From the NCBI GenBank assembly GCA_045596745.1, contig JAZODA010000055.1, positions 6,772 through 70,771 of the forward strand: 64,000 nt of DNA, read 5' to 3'. A model generated the notes under the pieces. That model ran no database searches, had not been told where the DNA came from, and saw only the letters and a program-made list of their open reading frames with translations. The DNA is from Acutalibacteraceae bacterium. GTDB taxonomy: Bacteria; Bacillota; Clostridia; Oscillospirales; Acutalibacteraceae. The position numbers and the translations under genes are program-made. Shown here one piece after another: positions 37,235 through 48,096 of the stretch; positions within the stretch are counted from its first letter, which is position 1; every line of letters starts with the position of its first letter.

Positions 37235-39706
37235 GTGGCATTGGTAGCGAAAATCGCGGTGGAACAGACTGCGTATCATTTCGATAAGTTGTACAGCTAT
37301 ACCGTGGATGCGTCGGCACAAACACTCCGCCGCGGTTGCCGCGTGCTGGTCCCGTTTGGCAGAGGAGATCGTTACCGCCAAGGTATCGTGACCGAACTTA
37401 TCGAAATGGAGGAGACGGCGCGGCTTAAGCCGATTATCGAAGTGCTGGATGAGCAGCCGATTTTAAACGATGAGTTGCTGGATCTCGCACTGTGGCTGCG
37501 TGAACGCGCGTTTTGCACTGTGTTCGATGCGGTCAAAGCGATGCTTCCTACCGGCTTGTATTGGAATGTAAAACCTGTTTTTCTGCCTGTTCGCCCGCTT
37601 CCCGAAGAGGAACTGGCGCGGATGTCGCCCGAGGAAACAGCGGTATACAAGCTGGCATGCACGATGAGTGAAAAGCTGTCGGACGGTGTACCGGGGGAGA
37701 AACTGCTTCGCTGTGCCGGTTTCGGTACGGACACCACCATTTTGCCGCGTATGCTGCGCCGTGGTTGGCTGACTCGCAGTGACGATGCGTTTCGCCGTTC
37801 GGGGGACGCCACACGCCGTATGGCGCGTCTTAGCGTATCGGCGGAGGAGCTGGAAGAGGCTACCGTTCGTGCCAAATGCAGTCCTAAACAAAAGGCTGTG
37901 CTGGCGCTTTTAGCGGAGGCAGGCTGTGCTTCGGTAAAGGAGCTGTGCTATCTTGCCGGTGTGACGGATGCGGTAGTAACGGCGCTGGTGAAAAAACAGC
38001 TGGTGCAGCTGTATGACCAGGAATGGCTGCGTTCGCCGGTGGGTGCTTCGCCTGTCAAAGCGGCAGGGGAGATAACCCTGAATGAGGAACAGCAGCGCGC
38101 TTTGGAAGAATTGCTTGCGCGTTACCGCGAGGAACAGGCCGGATGTGCGTTGCTTTACGGCGTGACCGGCAGCGGTAAAACGCAGGTGTATATGGGACTG
38201 ATTGACCGCGTGATTGCCGAAGGGCGTCAGGTGCTGGTGTTGGTTCCCGAAATTTCGCTCACGCCTCAGGTGATGGAACGCTTTTTGCAGCGCTATGGCT
38301 CAAAGGTGGCGGTGCTGCACAGCGGCTTGTCGATGGGCGAGCGAATGGATGAATGGAAACGTATTCGCCGTGGAGATGCCGCCATTGTGGTGGGTACTCG
38401 CTCGGCGGTGTTTGCTCCGGTGGAGCGGCTTGGCTTAGTGGTCATAGACGAGGAACAGGAGCATACCTATAAATCGGAGAGCACGCCGCGTTACCACGCG
38501 CGCGAGGTTGCCAAATTCCGCTGTGCGCGGCACGGCGCGCTGTTACTGCTGGCGTCGGCGACGCCGTCGGTGGAAAGCTACCACGCCGCACAAACAGGAC
38601 GGTATTCGCTGCATACATTGTCCTCCCGCTACGGCGATGCGGTGTTGCCGCAGGTCGAAGTTGTGGATATGCGCGAACAGCCGATGGAGGTTTCTGTTTT
38701 CAGTGAACCGCTGCGACAGGAACTCGGACGGTGCTTTGAACAGGGCAGTCAGGCGATTTTATTGCTGAATCGACGTGGATATCAGACATTTGTTTCCTGC
38801 CGTTCCTGCGGCGAGGTGATTACCTGTCCGTCCTGCAGCATTTCGATGACGTATCACCGCGCCAACAAACGATTGGTGTGCCATTATTGCGGACATATGC
38901 AACCCCCTGCGGTGCGTTGTCCTGTTTGCGGCTCGGAGCATATCCGCTATTCCGGTATGGGAACGCAGCGGGTGGAAGAGGAACTGCAACAGCTGTTCCC
39001 GAACATCCGCATTCTGCGTATGGATACCGACACCACGATGTCACGTTTTGCTTATGAGGAACGCTTCAAAGCATTTGCAAACGGCGAGTACGATGTGATG
39101 ATTGGTACGCAGATGGTGGCAAAAGGCTTGGATTTTCCGCGCGTGTCGCTGGTTGGCGTGTTGTCGGCTGACCAGTCGCTGTATGCCGGTGATTACCGCG
39201 CGTATGAAACCACCTTCTCGCTGCTGACGCAGGTCATCGGTCGCGCCGGACGGCGTGATTTTCCGGGAAAAGCGATTATTCAGACGTCCACACCGGAACA
39301 CTATATTATCGGTCAGGCATCCGCGCAGGATTACACCTCTTTCTACGGAATAGAGATTGCCGCGCGCAAGCAGATGAAATACCCACCGTTCACCGAACTG
39401 TGTGTGTTCGGCTTGTCCGGTGTGAGGGAACAGGCGGTTCAGCAGGCGGCTGACCGTTTGCTGGAAACGCTCAGAAATCTTACCCGCCGACCGGAATACG
39501 ACGGTCTGCCGCTGATTGTGCTGGATCCGACCCCTGCGGCGGTGGCGCGTGTTTCGGGAAAATATCGGTACAAGCTTATCGTCAAGCTGGGCGGCACCGC
39601 GTTGTCGCGGCAATTTGTTCGCCAGGTGCTGACCGAGTTTTGCGCCGATCCCGCCAACCGCGAGATTACGGTGTATGCCGATCGGAATCCTGCGACTATC
39701 TTGTAA
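37235..39706 (+). CDS. priA: Primosomal replication restart helicase PriA
   Basis: Walker A GVTGSGKT, DEEQE, Cys-rich zinc region CPSC...CHYCG...CPVCGS. GTG at 37235 follows a GAGGGAGG SD. Confidence 0.9.
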   Translation: MALVAKIAVEQTAYHFDKLYSYTVDASAQTLRRGCRVLVPFGRGDRYRQGIVTELIEMEETARLKPIIEVLDEQPILNDELLDLALWLRERAFCTVFDAVKAMLPTGLYWNVKPVFLPVRPLPEEELARMSPEETAVYKLACTMSEKLSDGVPGEKLLRCAGFGTDTTILPRMLRRGWLTRSDDAFRRSGDATRRMARLSVSAEELEEATVRAKCSPKQKAVLALLAEAGCASVKELCYLAGVTDAVVTALVKKQLVQLYDQEWLRSPVGASPVKAAGEITLNEEQQRALEELLARYREEQAGCALLYGVTGSGKTQVYMGLIDRVIAEGRQVLVLVPEISLTPQVMERFLQRYGSKVAVLHSGLSMGERMDEWKRIRRGDAAIVVGTRSAVFAPVERLGLVVIDEEQEHTYKSESTPRYHAREVAKFRCARHGALLLLASATPSVESYHAAQTGRYSLHTLSSRYGDAVLPQVEVVDMREQPMEVSVFSEPLRQELGRCFEQGSQAILLLNRRGYQTFVSCRSCGEVITCPSCSISMTYHRANKRLVCHYCGHMQPPAVRCPVCGSEHIRYSGMGTQRVEEELQQLFPNIRILRMDTDTTMSRFAYEERFKAFANGEYDVMIGTQMVAKGLDFPRVSLVGVLSADQSLYAGDYRAYETTFSLLTQVIGRAGRRDFPGKAIIQTSTPEHYIIGQASAQDYTSFYGIEIAARKQMKYPPFTELCVFGLSGVREQAVQQAADRLLETLRNLTRRPEYDGLPLIVLDPTPAAVARVSGKYRYKLIVKLGGTALSRQFVRQVLTEFCADPANREITVYADRNPATIL

Positions 39707-39721
39707 AAAGGAGCTGTTTTT

Positions 39722-40177
39722 ATGGCGATTCGTAATATTTTGAAGGATGAAGATCCCGCACTGCGTAAGGTGTGCCGCCCTGTTGAGGAGTTTAACGAGC
39801 GGTTGTGGCAGTTGCTGGACGATATGGCCGACACGATGCATCACGCGCAGGGTGTCGGTCTGGCAGGTCCACAGGTGGGTATTCTGCGCCGTGTGGTTGT
39901 GATGGATGTGGGCGATGGCGTCATTGAAGCCATCAATCCTGAAATCGTCAGCGAAAGCGGCAAGCAGGAAGGCCCCGAGGGTTGCCTGTCGTTCCCCGGA
40001 AAGTGGGGTACGGTGTGCCGTCCCAACAAGGTGAAAATGAAGGCGCAGGACCGTCACGGCAAGTGGTACTATCTTACCGGCGAGGAACTGCTGGCACGGT
40101 GTATGTGCCATGAGATTGATCATCTTAACGGCGTGGTGTTCCTGGATCACGTCAAGAACGGAGTGGAGACCGAGTGA
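39722..40177 (+). CDS. def: Peptide deformylase
   Basis: GVGLAGPQVG, EGCLSFP, HEIDHLNG. Confidence 0.95.
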   Translation: MAIRNILKDEDPALRKVCRPVEEFNERLWQLLDDMADTMHHAQGVGLAGPQVGILRRVVVMDVGDGVIEAINPEIVSESGKQEGPEGCLSFPGKWGTVCRPNKVKMKAQDRHGKWYYLTGEELLARCMCHEIDHLNGVVFLDHVKNGVETE

Positions 40178-41106
40178 ACGTAATCTTTATGGGAACACCG
40201 GAATTTGCGGTGCCCTGTCTGGAAAGACTGATAGAGGACGGCCATACCGTGTCTTTGGTCGTGACGCAGGCGGATAAGCCGAAGGGTCGCGGCCAAAAGA
40301 TGATGCCGCCTCCGGTCAAAGAGTGCGCGATGCGCCACGACATTCCTGTCATTCAGCCCGCTTCTTTGCGTAACGAAGAGGTGTGGGAGACGTTGCGCGG
40401 CTATCAGCCGGAGTTGATTGTGGTGGTGGCGTACGGTAAGATTCTGCCCCGCGAGGTGCTGGAACTTCCGAAGCACGGCTGCATCAATGTTCATGCTTCG
40501 CTGTTGCCCCGCTATCGCGGTGCCGCTCCGATTCAATGGGCGGTGCTCGACGGTGAAGCGGAATCCGGCGTGACGACGATGTTTATGGACGTGGGTCTGG
40601 ATACCGGCGATATGCTGCTGACCTCCCGTTGTACCATTGAGCCGGAGTTGACGGCAGGCGAACTTCACGATCGTTTGTCCGTGATGGGGGCTTCACTGCT
40701 GTCCGAAACGGTGGAAGCGCTTTCAGCAGGCACGCTGCAGCGCATTCCGCAGAACGATGCGGACTCCTGCTACGCACCGATGCTGGATAAATCGCTGTGC
40801 CCGCTGGATTTCAGCAAAACCGCACAGCAGCTGCACAATCAGGTGCGCGGCTTGCATCCCTGGCCGGTGGCGACGGTGCTGCGCGAGGGAAAACGGCTGA
40901 AAATTCATCGCACGCGGGTGGCGGCTGAGGCTGTCGGTGTACCCGGTACGGTGCTTTCGACTTCGCCGCTCATCATTGCCTGCGGCGGTAATACGGCTCT
41001 GGAGATTTGTGAAGTACAGGCAGAGGGCGGCAAGCGGATGGAGGCAGACGCCTATTTCCGCGGTCACCCCGTTGCCGTCGGAGAATCTTTTGCAGAAGAG
41101 GAATAA
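40174..41106 (+). CDS. fmt: Methionyl-tRNA formyltransferase
   Basis: IFMGTPEFAVP, NVHASLLPRYRGAAPIQWA. Confidence 0.95.
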   Translation: MNVIFMGTPEFAVPCLERLIEDGHTVSLVVTQADKPKGRGQKMMPPPVKECAMRHDIPVIQPASLRNEEVWETLRGYQPELIVVVAYGKILPREVLELPKHGCINVHASLLPRYRGAAPIQWAVLDGEAESGVTTMFMDVGLDTGDMLLTSRCTIEPELTAGELHDRLSVMGASLLSETVEALSAGTLQRIPQNDADSCYAPMLDKSLCPLDFSKTAQQLHNQVRGLHPWPVATVLREGKRLKIHRTRVAAEAVGVPGTVLSTSPLIIACGGNTALEICEVQAEGGKRMEADAYFRGHPVAVGESFAEEE

Positions 41107-41108
41107 CT

Positions 41109-41798
41109 ATGTTTTGGATGGATTATTGGTATATTGTGCTGGTGCTGCCGGCGTTGGCTATCTCGCTTTTTGCGCAACTGTACGTCAACAAAATGTTTAA
41201 TAAGTACAGCAGTCGGTTTACCCACAGCGGTATGACCGGGGAACAGGTGTGCCACGTTATCCAGCGCGCGAACGGTATTTCTGTGCCGGTGGAATCGGTC
41301 AGCGGTTCACTGACCGATCATTACGATCCGCGCAACAATACCATTCGCCTGTCCCAGCCGGTCTACGGCTCGTCGTCCATTGCGGCGGTGGGTGTGGCGG
41401 CACACGAAATGGGGCATGCGCTGCAGTATGCCAAGGGATATGCTCCGGTGCGTCTGCGCACGGCGGTATTCCCGGCAACGCGTCTTATCAGTGGTGTTTC
41501 TCCGTTTCTGATTTTGCTGGGCCTTCTGCTGTCCAACCAGACATTGGCGCTGACCGGCGTGATTGCGTTTGGTGCGATTGTGCTGTTCCAGCTGGTCACG
41601 CTGCCCGTGGAATTCAATGCCAGCCGTCGTGCGGTGGCGTCGCTTTCCAACTGCGGTTTGACACAGGATGAGCTTCGCGGTGTCAAGCAGGTGCTGACTG
41701 CGGCGGCGATGACGTATGTGGCGGCACTGCTTGTGTCGATTGCGCAGTTTTTGCGGTTGCTGTTGATTGTGACAGGTAACGGACGGAGGAGACGCTGA
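41109..41798 (+). CDS. Membrane zinc metallopeptidase (YugP/Zn_peptidase_2 family)
   Basis: HEMGHALQ motif, flanking TM segments. Confidence 0.8.
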   Translation: MFWMDYWYIVLVLPALAISLFAQLYVNKMFNKYSSRFTHSGMTGEQVCHVIQRANGISVPVESVSGSLTDHYDPRNNTIRLSQPVYGSSSIAAVGVAAHEMGHALQYAKGYAPVRLRTAVFPATRLISGVSPFLILLGLLLSNQTLALTGVIAFGAIVLFQLVTLPVEFNASRRAVASLSNCGLTQDELRGVKQVLTAAAMTYVAALLVSIAQFLRLLLIVTGNGRRRR

Positions 41799-43135
41799 TG
41801 GCACAGGATGTGCGTACCGTTGTGGTACAGGCGTTGGCGGAGCTTCACCGTCGCCACGGCTATTCCAACATTATGTTGGATCGGCTGTTGCGCACGTCGG
41901 AACTGTCGGTGGCAGACCGTTCGCTGGCTTCGCGCCTGTTTTACGGCGTGATTGAGCGGCGGCTGACACTGGATTACATACTGACCCGTGCATCGTCGGT
42001 GCCGCTTCGCAAAATACATCCGCTGGTTCACGAAACGCTGCGGGTGGCGCTGTACCAGATTTTGTATATGGATAAAGTGCCGGATGCCGCCGCTGTCAAC
42101 GAGGCGGTAAGCGGCGTTCGTCGGATGAAGCAGGGGCAGGCCTCAGGCTTTGTCAACGGCGTGCTGCGCGGTATTCTTCGTCGCAAGGAGACGCTGTTCG
42201 ACGATTTGCCGGCGGGGGATGAGGGACTGTCGATTCGCTATTCCTGCCCTGTGGAACTGATTACGTTTTGGCGGCAGGCGTACGGAGATACGATGGCGGA
42301 ACAGTTGCTTTCGGTCATCAACGACGCCCCGGATAACTTTTTGCGAGTGAACACACTGCGTACCACCGATGAAAAGTTTTCCAAAACCCTTGAAAATTTG
42401 GGCGTGAATCACCAAATTTGCGAGGATTTGCCGCATTGTTTTCGGCTGAATTGCGGTTATTTACTAAATAATCTTGCAAGTGACGAAAAAAACTGCTATT
42501 ATTATCAGGATAAGGCTTCACAATGGGCATGTCTCGCTTTCGGTGCGCAACCGGGTGACGCGGTGGCAGATGTGTGTGCCGCACCGGGCGGAAAAAGCTT
42601 CACGGTGGCACAGATGATGAACAACACCGGACGGCTGCTTTCGTGCGATATGTATCCCGCCAAGTGCGAGACGATCGATCGCCGCGCCGAAGAGCTTGGC
42701 GTTACCGTGCTGCGTACAGCGGTGCGTGATGCCTCGATGCCGTGCCCCGAACAGCTCCGCGGAGCGTTTGATCGGGTGCTGTGTGATGTGCCTTGTTCCG
42801 GTTTTGGCGTCATTCGCCGCAAACCGGAAATCCGTTATAAGGATTTGGCGGAGTTCGGTGAACTGCCGCAACTGCAGTATCGCATTCTGGAACGCAGTGC
42901 CGAGATGGTTCGTTCCGGTGGCGTGCTTCAGTATTCCACCTGTACGCTGAACCCCGCGGAAAATGAAGCGGTGGTTGAGCGGTTTTTGCGCGAGCATCCG
43001 GAGTTTTCTCCGAGAGTGCTGCCGCTGGATGCTTGCTTTGCGGCATCCGGATTGCAGCCGTCGCATCAGATTACGCTGTTCCCCCCCGTACACGGAACCG
43101 ATGGGTTCTTTATTGCGGGATTTTGTAAAAAATGA
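41798..43135 (+). CDS. rsmB: 16S rRNA (cytosine967-C5)-methyltransferase
   Basis: NusB-like N-domain; DVCAAPGGKS; DVPCSGFGVIRRKPE; YSTCTL. Confidence 0.9.
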   Translation: MAQDVRTVVVQALAELHRRHGYSNIMLDRLLRTSELSVADRSLASRLFYGVIERRLTLDYILTRASSVPLRKIHPLVHETLRVALYQILYMDKVPDAAAVNEAVSGVRRMKQGQASGFVNGVLRGILRRKETLFDDLPAGDEGLSIRYSCPVELITFWRQAYGDTMAEQLLSVINDAPDNFLRVNTLRTTDEKFSKTLENLGVNHQICEDLPHCFRLNCGYLLNNLASDEKNCYYYQDKASQWACLAFGAQPGDAVADVCAAPGGKSFTVAQMMNNTGRLLSCDMYPAKCETIDRRAEELGVTVLRTAVRDASMPCPEQLRGAFDRVLCDVPCSGFGVIRRKPEIRYKDLAEFGELPQLQYRILERSAEMVRSGGVLQYSTCTLNPAENEAVVERFLREHPEFSPRVLPLDACFAASGLQPSHQITLFPPVHGTDGFFIAGFCKK

Positions 43136-43147
43136 GGTGTCCGCACG

Positions 43148-44179
43148 ATGCCGGAGGATATCCGCTCGTTGAGCGAGGAACAACTGCATCAGCGCATTAC
43201 GGCGATGGGATATCCCGCGTTTCGGGCTCGTCAGGTCATGCAGTGGCTGGATAACGGCTGTGCTTCGTTTTCCGAGATGAGCAACCTGCCGCTTGCCATG
43301 CGCGAACAACTGGCACAGGAATTTGTGATTCCGGGTGTGACGGTGCTTCGCCGCTTGGAATCCCAATTGGACGAAACCGTGAAATACCTGTTCGGATTGT
43401 CCGATGGGGAGACGGTGGAGTCGGTGCTGATGAGCTATCATCACGGTTGGTCGCAGTGTCTGTCGACGCAGGTCGGCTGTCGTATGGGCTGCTCTTTCTG
43501 TGCGACGGGTATGGGCGGCTTGTCCCGCAACCTGTCGGCGGCAGAAATGCTGGCGCAGATTGAAGCTGCACAGCGTGACCGCGGTGTGCGCGTGTCCTCG
43601 GTGGTGCTCATGGGTATGGGCGAGCCGCTGGACAACTACGAGCAGGTTATGACCTTTTTGAAAACGCTCGCCCGACCGGGCGGTGTTCATATCGGGATGC
43701 GTCACGTATCCCTTTCCACCTGTGGCCTGGTAGACGGTATCTATCGGCTGATGGAGGAACAACTGCAGTTGACCCTGTCGGTGTCGCTGCACGCACCTAA
43801 CAACCAAATTCGCTCACGCTTGATGCCTGTCAATCGGAAATATCCGGTGGAAGAGTTGCTCAAAGCGTGCCGCGAGTACATTCGCGTTACCGGTCGTCGC
43901 ATTTCGTTTGAATATGCGATGATTGACGGCGTCAACGACTCGGACGCCTGCGCGATGGAACTGGCTTCCCGACTGAAAGGAATGCTGTGCCACGTGAACC
44001 TGATTCCCGCCAATGAGGTACGGGGGAAGGAACACCGCCGCAGCACACAGGCTCGGTTGAGACGGTTCCAGCAAATTTTGGAACAACAAGGTCTGAACGT
44101 AACGGTCAGACGCACCTTGGGCGCCGATATCAGCGCCTCCTGCGGACAGCTTCGTCGGCAGGAACGAGAGGAGGACTAA
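43148..44179 (+). CDS. rlmN: 23S rRNA/tRNA (adenine-C2)-methyltransferase, radical SAM
   Basis: CRMGCSFCATG radical-SAM motif and C-terminal SASCGQL. Confidence 0.95.
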   Translation: MPEDIRSLSEEQLHQRITAMGYPAFRARQVMQWLDNGCASFSEMSNLPLAMREQLAQEFVIPGVTVLRRLESQLDETVKYLFGLSDGETVESVLMSYHHGWSQCLSTQVGCRMGCSFCATGMGGLSRNLSAAEMLAQIEAAQRDRGVRVSSVVLMGMGEPLDNYEQVMTFLKTLARPGGVHIGMRHVSLSTCGLVDGIYRLMEEQLQLTLSVSLHAPNNQIRSRLMPVNRKYPVEELLKACREYIRVTGRRISFEYAMIDGVNDSDACAMELASRLKGMLCHVNLIPANEVRGKEHRRSTQARLRRFQQILEQQGLNVTVRRTLGADISASCGQLRRQEREED

Positions 44180-44183
44180 AACC

Positions 44184-44915
44184 ATGAGAACATTGGGAGC
44201 TTCTCACCCGGGACGGGTACGTTCCAGTAATCAGGACGCCTTTTTGTGCGGCAAGCTCACCGAAACCACCGCGTTTGCCGTGGTGTGTGACGGTATGGGC
44301 GGCGCCAACGGCGGCAATATTGCCAGCTCGATTGCGATGCGTTGCATCGCCGACCGTCTGGTAGAGGATTACCGTGAAAATGCTACGCCCGAAGCGATTC
44401 GTGAACTGCTGGAATCGGCTGTTTCCGAAGCAAACAGTGAAGTGTACCGCGCCGCCCGCGAGGATGCGGAGCTGTTCGGTATGGGCACCACGGTGGTATC
44501 GGCCATCGTAACGACCGAGGCGGTGTATATCGCTCACGTCGGCGACAGCCGTGCGTATATGATTACCCCGCGTGAGATCGAGCAGATTACGCACGATCAC
44601 TCGGTGGTGCAGGATATGGTGGATAAGGGTCAGATTACCGCCGAGCAGGCAAAGACCCATCCTCAGAAGCACTTTTTGACGCGTGCGCTGGGCGTGGAGC
44701 CGGAAATGGAATCCACCTTCACCCGCGTGTCTTTCCCGGAAAACGGCACGCTCCTCATTTGCACCGATGGTTTGTCCAACCTGGTTGCTCCCGAAATGCT
44801 GCAATCGCTGGTGCGTACGTTTGCGTTTGCCGATATTCCCATGAAGTTGATAACCACCGCCAATCTTGCCGGCGGAAGCGACAACATTACGGTTGTTGCT
44901 GTCACCAAAAACTAA
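44184..44915 (+). CDS. stp: PP2C-family Ser/Thr protein phosphatase
   Basis: NQDAF, CDGMGG, HVGDSR, TDGL, DNITVV. Confidence 0.9.
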   Translation: MRTLGASHPGRVRSSNQDAFLCGKLTETTAFAVVCDGMGGANGGNIASSIAMRCIADRLVEDYRENATPEAIRELLESAVSEANSEVYRAAREDAELFGMGTTVVSAIVTTEAVYIAHVGDSRAYMITPREIEQITHDHSVVQDMVDKGQITAEQAKTHPQKHFLTRALGVEPEMESTFTRVSFPENGTLLICTDGLSNLVAPEMLQSLVRTFAFADIPMKLITTANLAGGSDNITVVAVTKN

Positions 44916-44933
44916 GGATGCAGGAGGATTATC

Positions 44934-47081
44934 ATGGATAAGTACATCGGAAAGCGTCTGGACGGCCGCTACGAGATTAAAGAAATCATCGGCGTCGGCG
45001 GTATGGCGTATGTGTATAAGGCATACGATAACATCGATGACCGTATTGTTGCTGTCAAGATTCTGAAAGACGAGTATCTCGCCAACGACGAGTTTACCCG
45101 CCGCTATAAAAACGAATCCAAGGCCATTGCGATTCTGTCTCATCCGAACATTGTTAAGGTGTACGACGTCAGCTTCGGCGATCGGATGCAGTATATCGTA
45201 ATGGAGTACATCGACGGTATCACGCTGAAAGAGTATATCGATCAGCAGGAAGACTTCAAGTGGAAAGAGGCTGTGCACTTCACGGTACAGATTCTGCGTG
45301 CGCTGCAGCACGCCCACGACAAGGGCATTGTTCACCGCGACATCAAGCCGCAGAACATTATGCTGCTGCCCGACGGCACCATCAAGGTGACGGACTTCGG
45401 CATTGCCCGCTTCTCCCGTCAGGATATTCGCACCACCCGTGCCACGGATAAGGCAATCGGTTCGGTGCACTACATCAGCCCCGAGCAGGCTCGCGGAGAA
45501 ATCACTGATGAAAAGGCCGATATCTACTCGGTCGGTGTGATGCTGTATGAAATGCTGGCCGGTCGTCTGCCGTTCGAAGCGGACAGCGCTGTGTCGGTTG
45601 CTATTATGCAGCTGCAGTCCGAAGCCAAGCCGCCGCGCGAAGTGAATCCGAACATTCCTGAGGGCCTGGAGGATATCACGGTCAAGGCGATGCAGAAGGA
45701 TCCCTCCAAGCGTTATCAGTCGGCAGCCGAAATGCTGTACGATTTTGATGAGTTCAAGAAGAATCCCAGCATTCATTTCGAATACAAGTACTTTGTGGAC
45801 GAAAGCCCCACGCGCTATATGGAGACCATCTCCCGCGTTAAGGGTGAGGATACCTCTTCGGCGAACAACCACAATCATCGCGATGAGGAAGAGGAGAAGA
45901 AGCCCTTCCCGATTATTCCGGTGCTCAGTGCTGTGGCTGCCGCGTTTGTGGTGGTGGCGCTGGTGCTGGTCGTGATGCTGGTGTTGGATAAGTTTGGTAA
46001 CAAGGAAGGCAACAGCAACAGCACCATCACTGTGCCGAACTTTGTCGGTATGACGGTGGAGCAGATTGCGAACAACTCGGAATACCTCGAATGGTTTAAG
46101 TTTAACGACTACGAGTATGCGTACAACCCGCAGCCCGAGGGTACGGTTATTGCCCAGAGCCTGGAGGCCGGCATTTCGGTGAAAAAGGGTGTGCGTGACA
46201 TTACGCTGACGGTCAGCCGCGGCATTCGTATGCAGGAAGTGCCGGATGTCATCGGTCTGCATCGTGACGATGCCAAGGCGAAACTGGAAAACGCCGGATT
46301 TACCACGGTGTATCGCTTGGAGCAGAGCGAGGAAGTGGCGGAAGGCTATCTGATTGCGCTGGAGCCTGCGGATTCCACGCTGCAGTATGGTTCGGAAGTG
46401 ATGATGGTTATCAGCAACGGCGATTCTCCGCTGGAGGATGTTGAAGTGCCGGATGTGACCCGTCTGGAACTCAAGGAAGCGGTTGAGGAACTGCAGAAGT
46501 TCGGCTTCCTTGCGGATGTGGAGCTTACCGAAGAGGGCCTGGCTGCTTTCGCGGCAACCAACGTGACCTATGTCTTCAGCGATCAGCCCAAGGGTATGGT
46601 CGTGAGCCAAACGCCGGTGGGTGTGGAAGCCAACGTCAAGACGGAAATCAAGTTTGAGGTTTCCAACGGCTATCAGGCAATGACGGTGGATGTGCCGCTG
46701 CCGCTGCGCTCCTTCTCCATCGATATGAAGGTGTATGTCAGCGGTCAGGCACTCCCGCCCTACGAAGACATTTATCCCAGTGCGGCAATCAGCCAGTCTG
46801 TGACGGTGGAGCAGGAAAAGGATCTGTACATAGTGACGGTTCTTGTTCGTAAGCACGGCAGCGGCGCTGAATATGTGAAGTATGCCGAGTATATGGTCAA
46901 CGCTGTTGAGGGTACGATTACCGAGATGAGCATCGACCCCGATATTCTCTCGCAGTATGAGCAGGATACGCCGGTGGTGGAACCCACTACGCCGGATGAC
47001 ACGACGACAACGCAGCCGTCGGATGGTGAGACAACGACGACCACTTCTACGACCACCACCGAAGAGCAGCCGCTGGTTTAA
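44934..47081 (+). CDS. prkC: Ser/Thr protein kinase with a TM segment, PASTA repeats and a Thr-rich C-terminal tail
   Basis: GVGGMAYVYKA, HRDIKPQN, DFG, SPEQ. Central TM. Three or four PASTA-like modules. Ends in T-rich ...TTTTTSTTTTEE. Confidence 0.9.
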   Translation: MDKYIGKRLDGRYEIKEIIGVGGMAYVYKAYDNIDDRIVAVKILKDEYLANDEFTRRYKNESKAIAILSHPNIVKVYDVSFGDRMQYIVMEYIDGITLKEYIDQQEDFKWKEAVHFTVQILRALQHAHDKGIVHRDIKPQNIMLLPDGTIKVTDFGIARFSRQDIRTTRATDKAIGSVHYISPEQARGEITDEKADIYSVGVMLYEMLAGRLPFEADSAVSVAIMQLQSEAKPPREVNPNIPEGLEDITVKAMQKDPSKRYQSAAEMLYDFDEFKKNPSIHFEYKYFVDESPTRYMETISRVKGEDTSSANNHNHRDEEEEKKPFPIIPVLSAVAAAFVVVALVLVVMLVLDKFGNKEGNSNSTITVPNFVGMTVEQIANNSEYLEWFKFNDYEYAYNPQPEGTVIAQSLEAGISVKKGVRDITLTVSRGIRMQEVPDVIGLHRDDAKAKLENAGFTTVYRLEQSEEVAEGYLIALEPADSTLQYGSEVMMVISNGDSPLEDVEVPDVTRLELKEAVEELQKFGFLADVELTEEGLAAFAATNVTYVFSDQPKGMVVSQTPVGVEANVKTEIKFEVSNGYQAMTVDVPLPLRSFSIDMKVYVSGQALPPYEDIYPSAAISQSVTVEQEKDLYIVTVLVRKHGSGAEYVKYAEYMVNAVEGTITEMSIDPDILSQYEQDTPVVEPTTPDDTTTTQPSDGETTTTTSTTTTEEQPLV

Positions 47082-47089
47082 CATACGGT

Positions 47090-47983
47090 ATGACAGTGTT
47101 GCACGAAGGAATGATTTTACAAGGCATCGGCGGTTTCTATTATGTAGAGACCGCCGATGCGGTCTATGAATGCAAGGCGCGCGGCTCGTTCCGCCGAGAG
47201 GGTATCACGCCTGTAGCGGGTGATCGTGTAGAAATCACGCTGCAGGAGGATAGCCTGACCGGTACGCTGGAACGGGTGCTGCCGCGCCGTAATATTCTGG
47301 TGCGTCCGCCTGTTGCCAACCTCGATCAGCTCGCGGTGATTGCCTCGGTGGCAGAGCCTGCCCCCAACGCGTTGTTGCTGGATAAGCTGATTGCGATTGC
47401 GGAGGAAAACGACATCGAGCCGATTTTGGTTATCACCAAGTCCGATTTACAGGATACGGCGGAGCTGGAAGCGGTGTACCGTCTTGCCGGTATTCCGGTG
47501 TTCACGGTAACGGTGACGCGCCCTGAAACGGCTGAGCCGCTCCGACAGCAGCTCGCAGGTCGTGTGACGGCGTTTGCAGGCAACTCGGGTGTCGGTAAAT
47601 CCAGCCTGCTGAACGTCATTGACCCCACGCTGCAGCGTGAAACGGGGGAAATCAGTCACAAGCTGGGACGTGGTCGGCATACCACGCGCTCGGCGGTGTT
47701 GTTCCCGCTGTCCGGTGGTGGGTATCTGGCAGATACCGCCGGCTTCTCGGCGCTGGATATGGAGCGTATCCATCCCATTGATAAGGAACGGCTGGAGGAT
47801 TGCTTCAGAGAATTCCGTCCGCTGTTCGGCAAGTGCCGCTTTACCGGATGTTCCCACGTGTGTGAGCCGGATTGTGCGGTACGCGAAGCGGTGGAAAACG
47901 GCGAGATTGCGCGAACGCGGTATGAAAGCTACTGCGCGATGTATGCGCAGGCACAGTTGCGCAAGCCTTGGGAAAACAAATAA
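47090..47983 (+). CDS. rsgA: Ribosome small-subunit-dependent GTPase A
   Basis: NLDQLAVI, TKSDL, GNSGVGKSSLLN, zinc motif CRFTGCSHVCEPDC. Confidence 0.9.
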   Translation: MTVLHEGMILQGIGGFYYVETADAVYECKARGSFRREGITPVAGDRVEITLQEDSLTGTLERVLPRRNILVRPPVANLDQLAVIASVAEPAPNALLLDKLIAIAEENDIEPILVITKSDLQDTAELEAVYRLAGIPVFTVTVTRPETAEPLRQQLAGRVTAFAGNSGVGKSSLLNVIDPTLQRETGEISHKLGRGRHTTRSAVLFPLSGGGYLADTAGFSALDMERIHPIDKERLEDCFREFRPLFGKCRFTGCSHVCEPDCAVREAVENGEIARTRYESYCAMYAQAQLRKPWENK

Positions 47984-47993
47984 ACAGGATGTC

Positions 47994-48026
47994 AAAACAA
48001 CGAAGCAAACGCTTCGTTGTTTTTTC
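47994..48026 (+). terminator. Intrinsic terminator after rsgA
   Basis: AAAACAACGAAGC-AAAC-GCUUCGUUGUUUUUU. Confidence 0.85.
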
Positions 48027-48096
48027 TTTGCACGCTTTTTGACAGAAGGAATATGCTGATAATACAGACGCAACGGCGGGAAGGGGAGGATGGCTT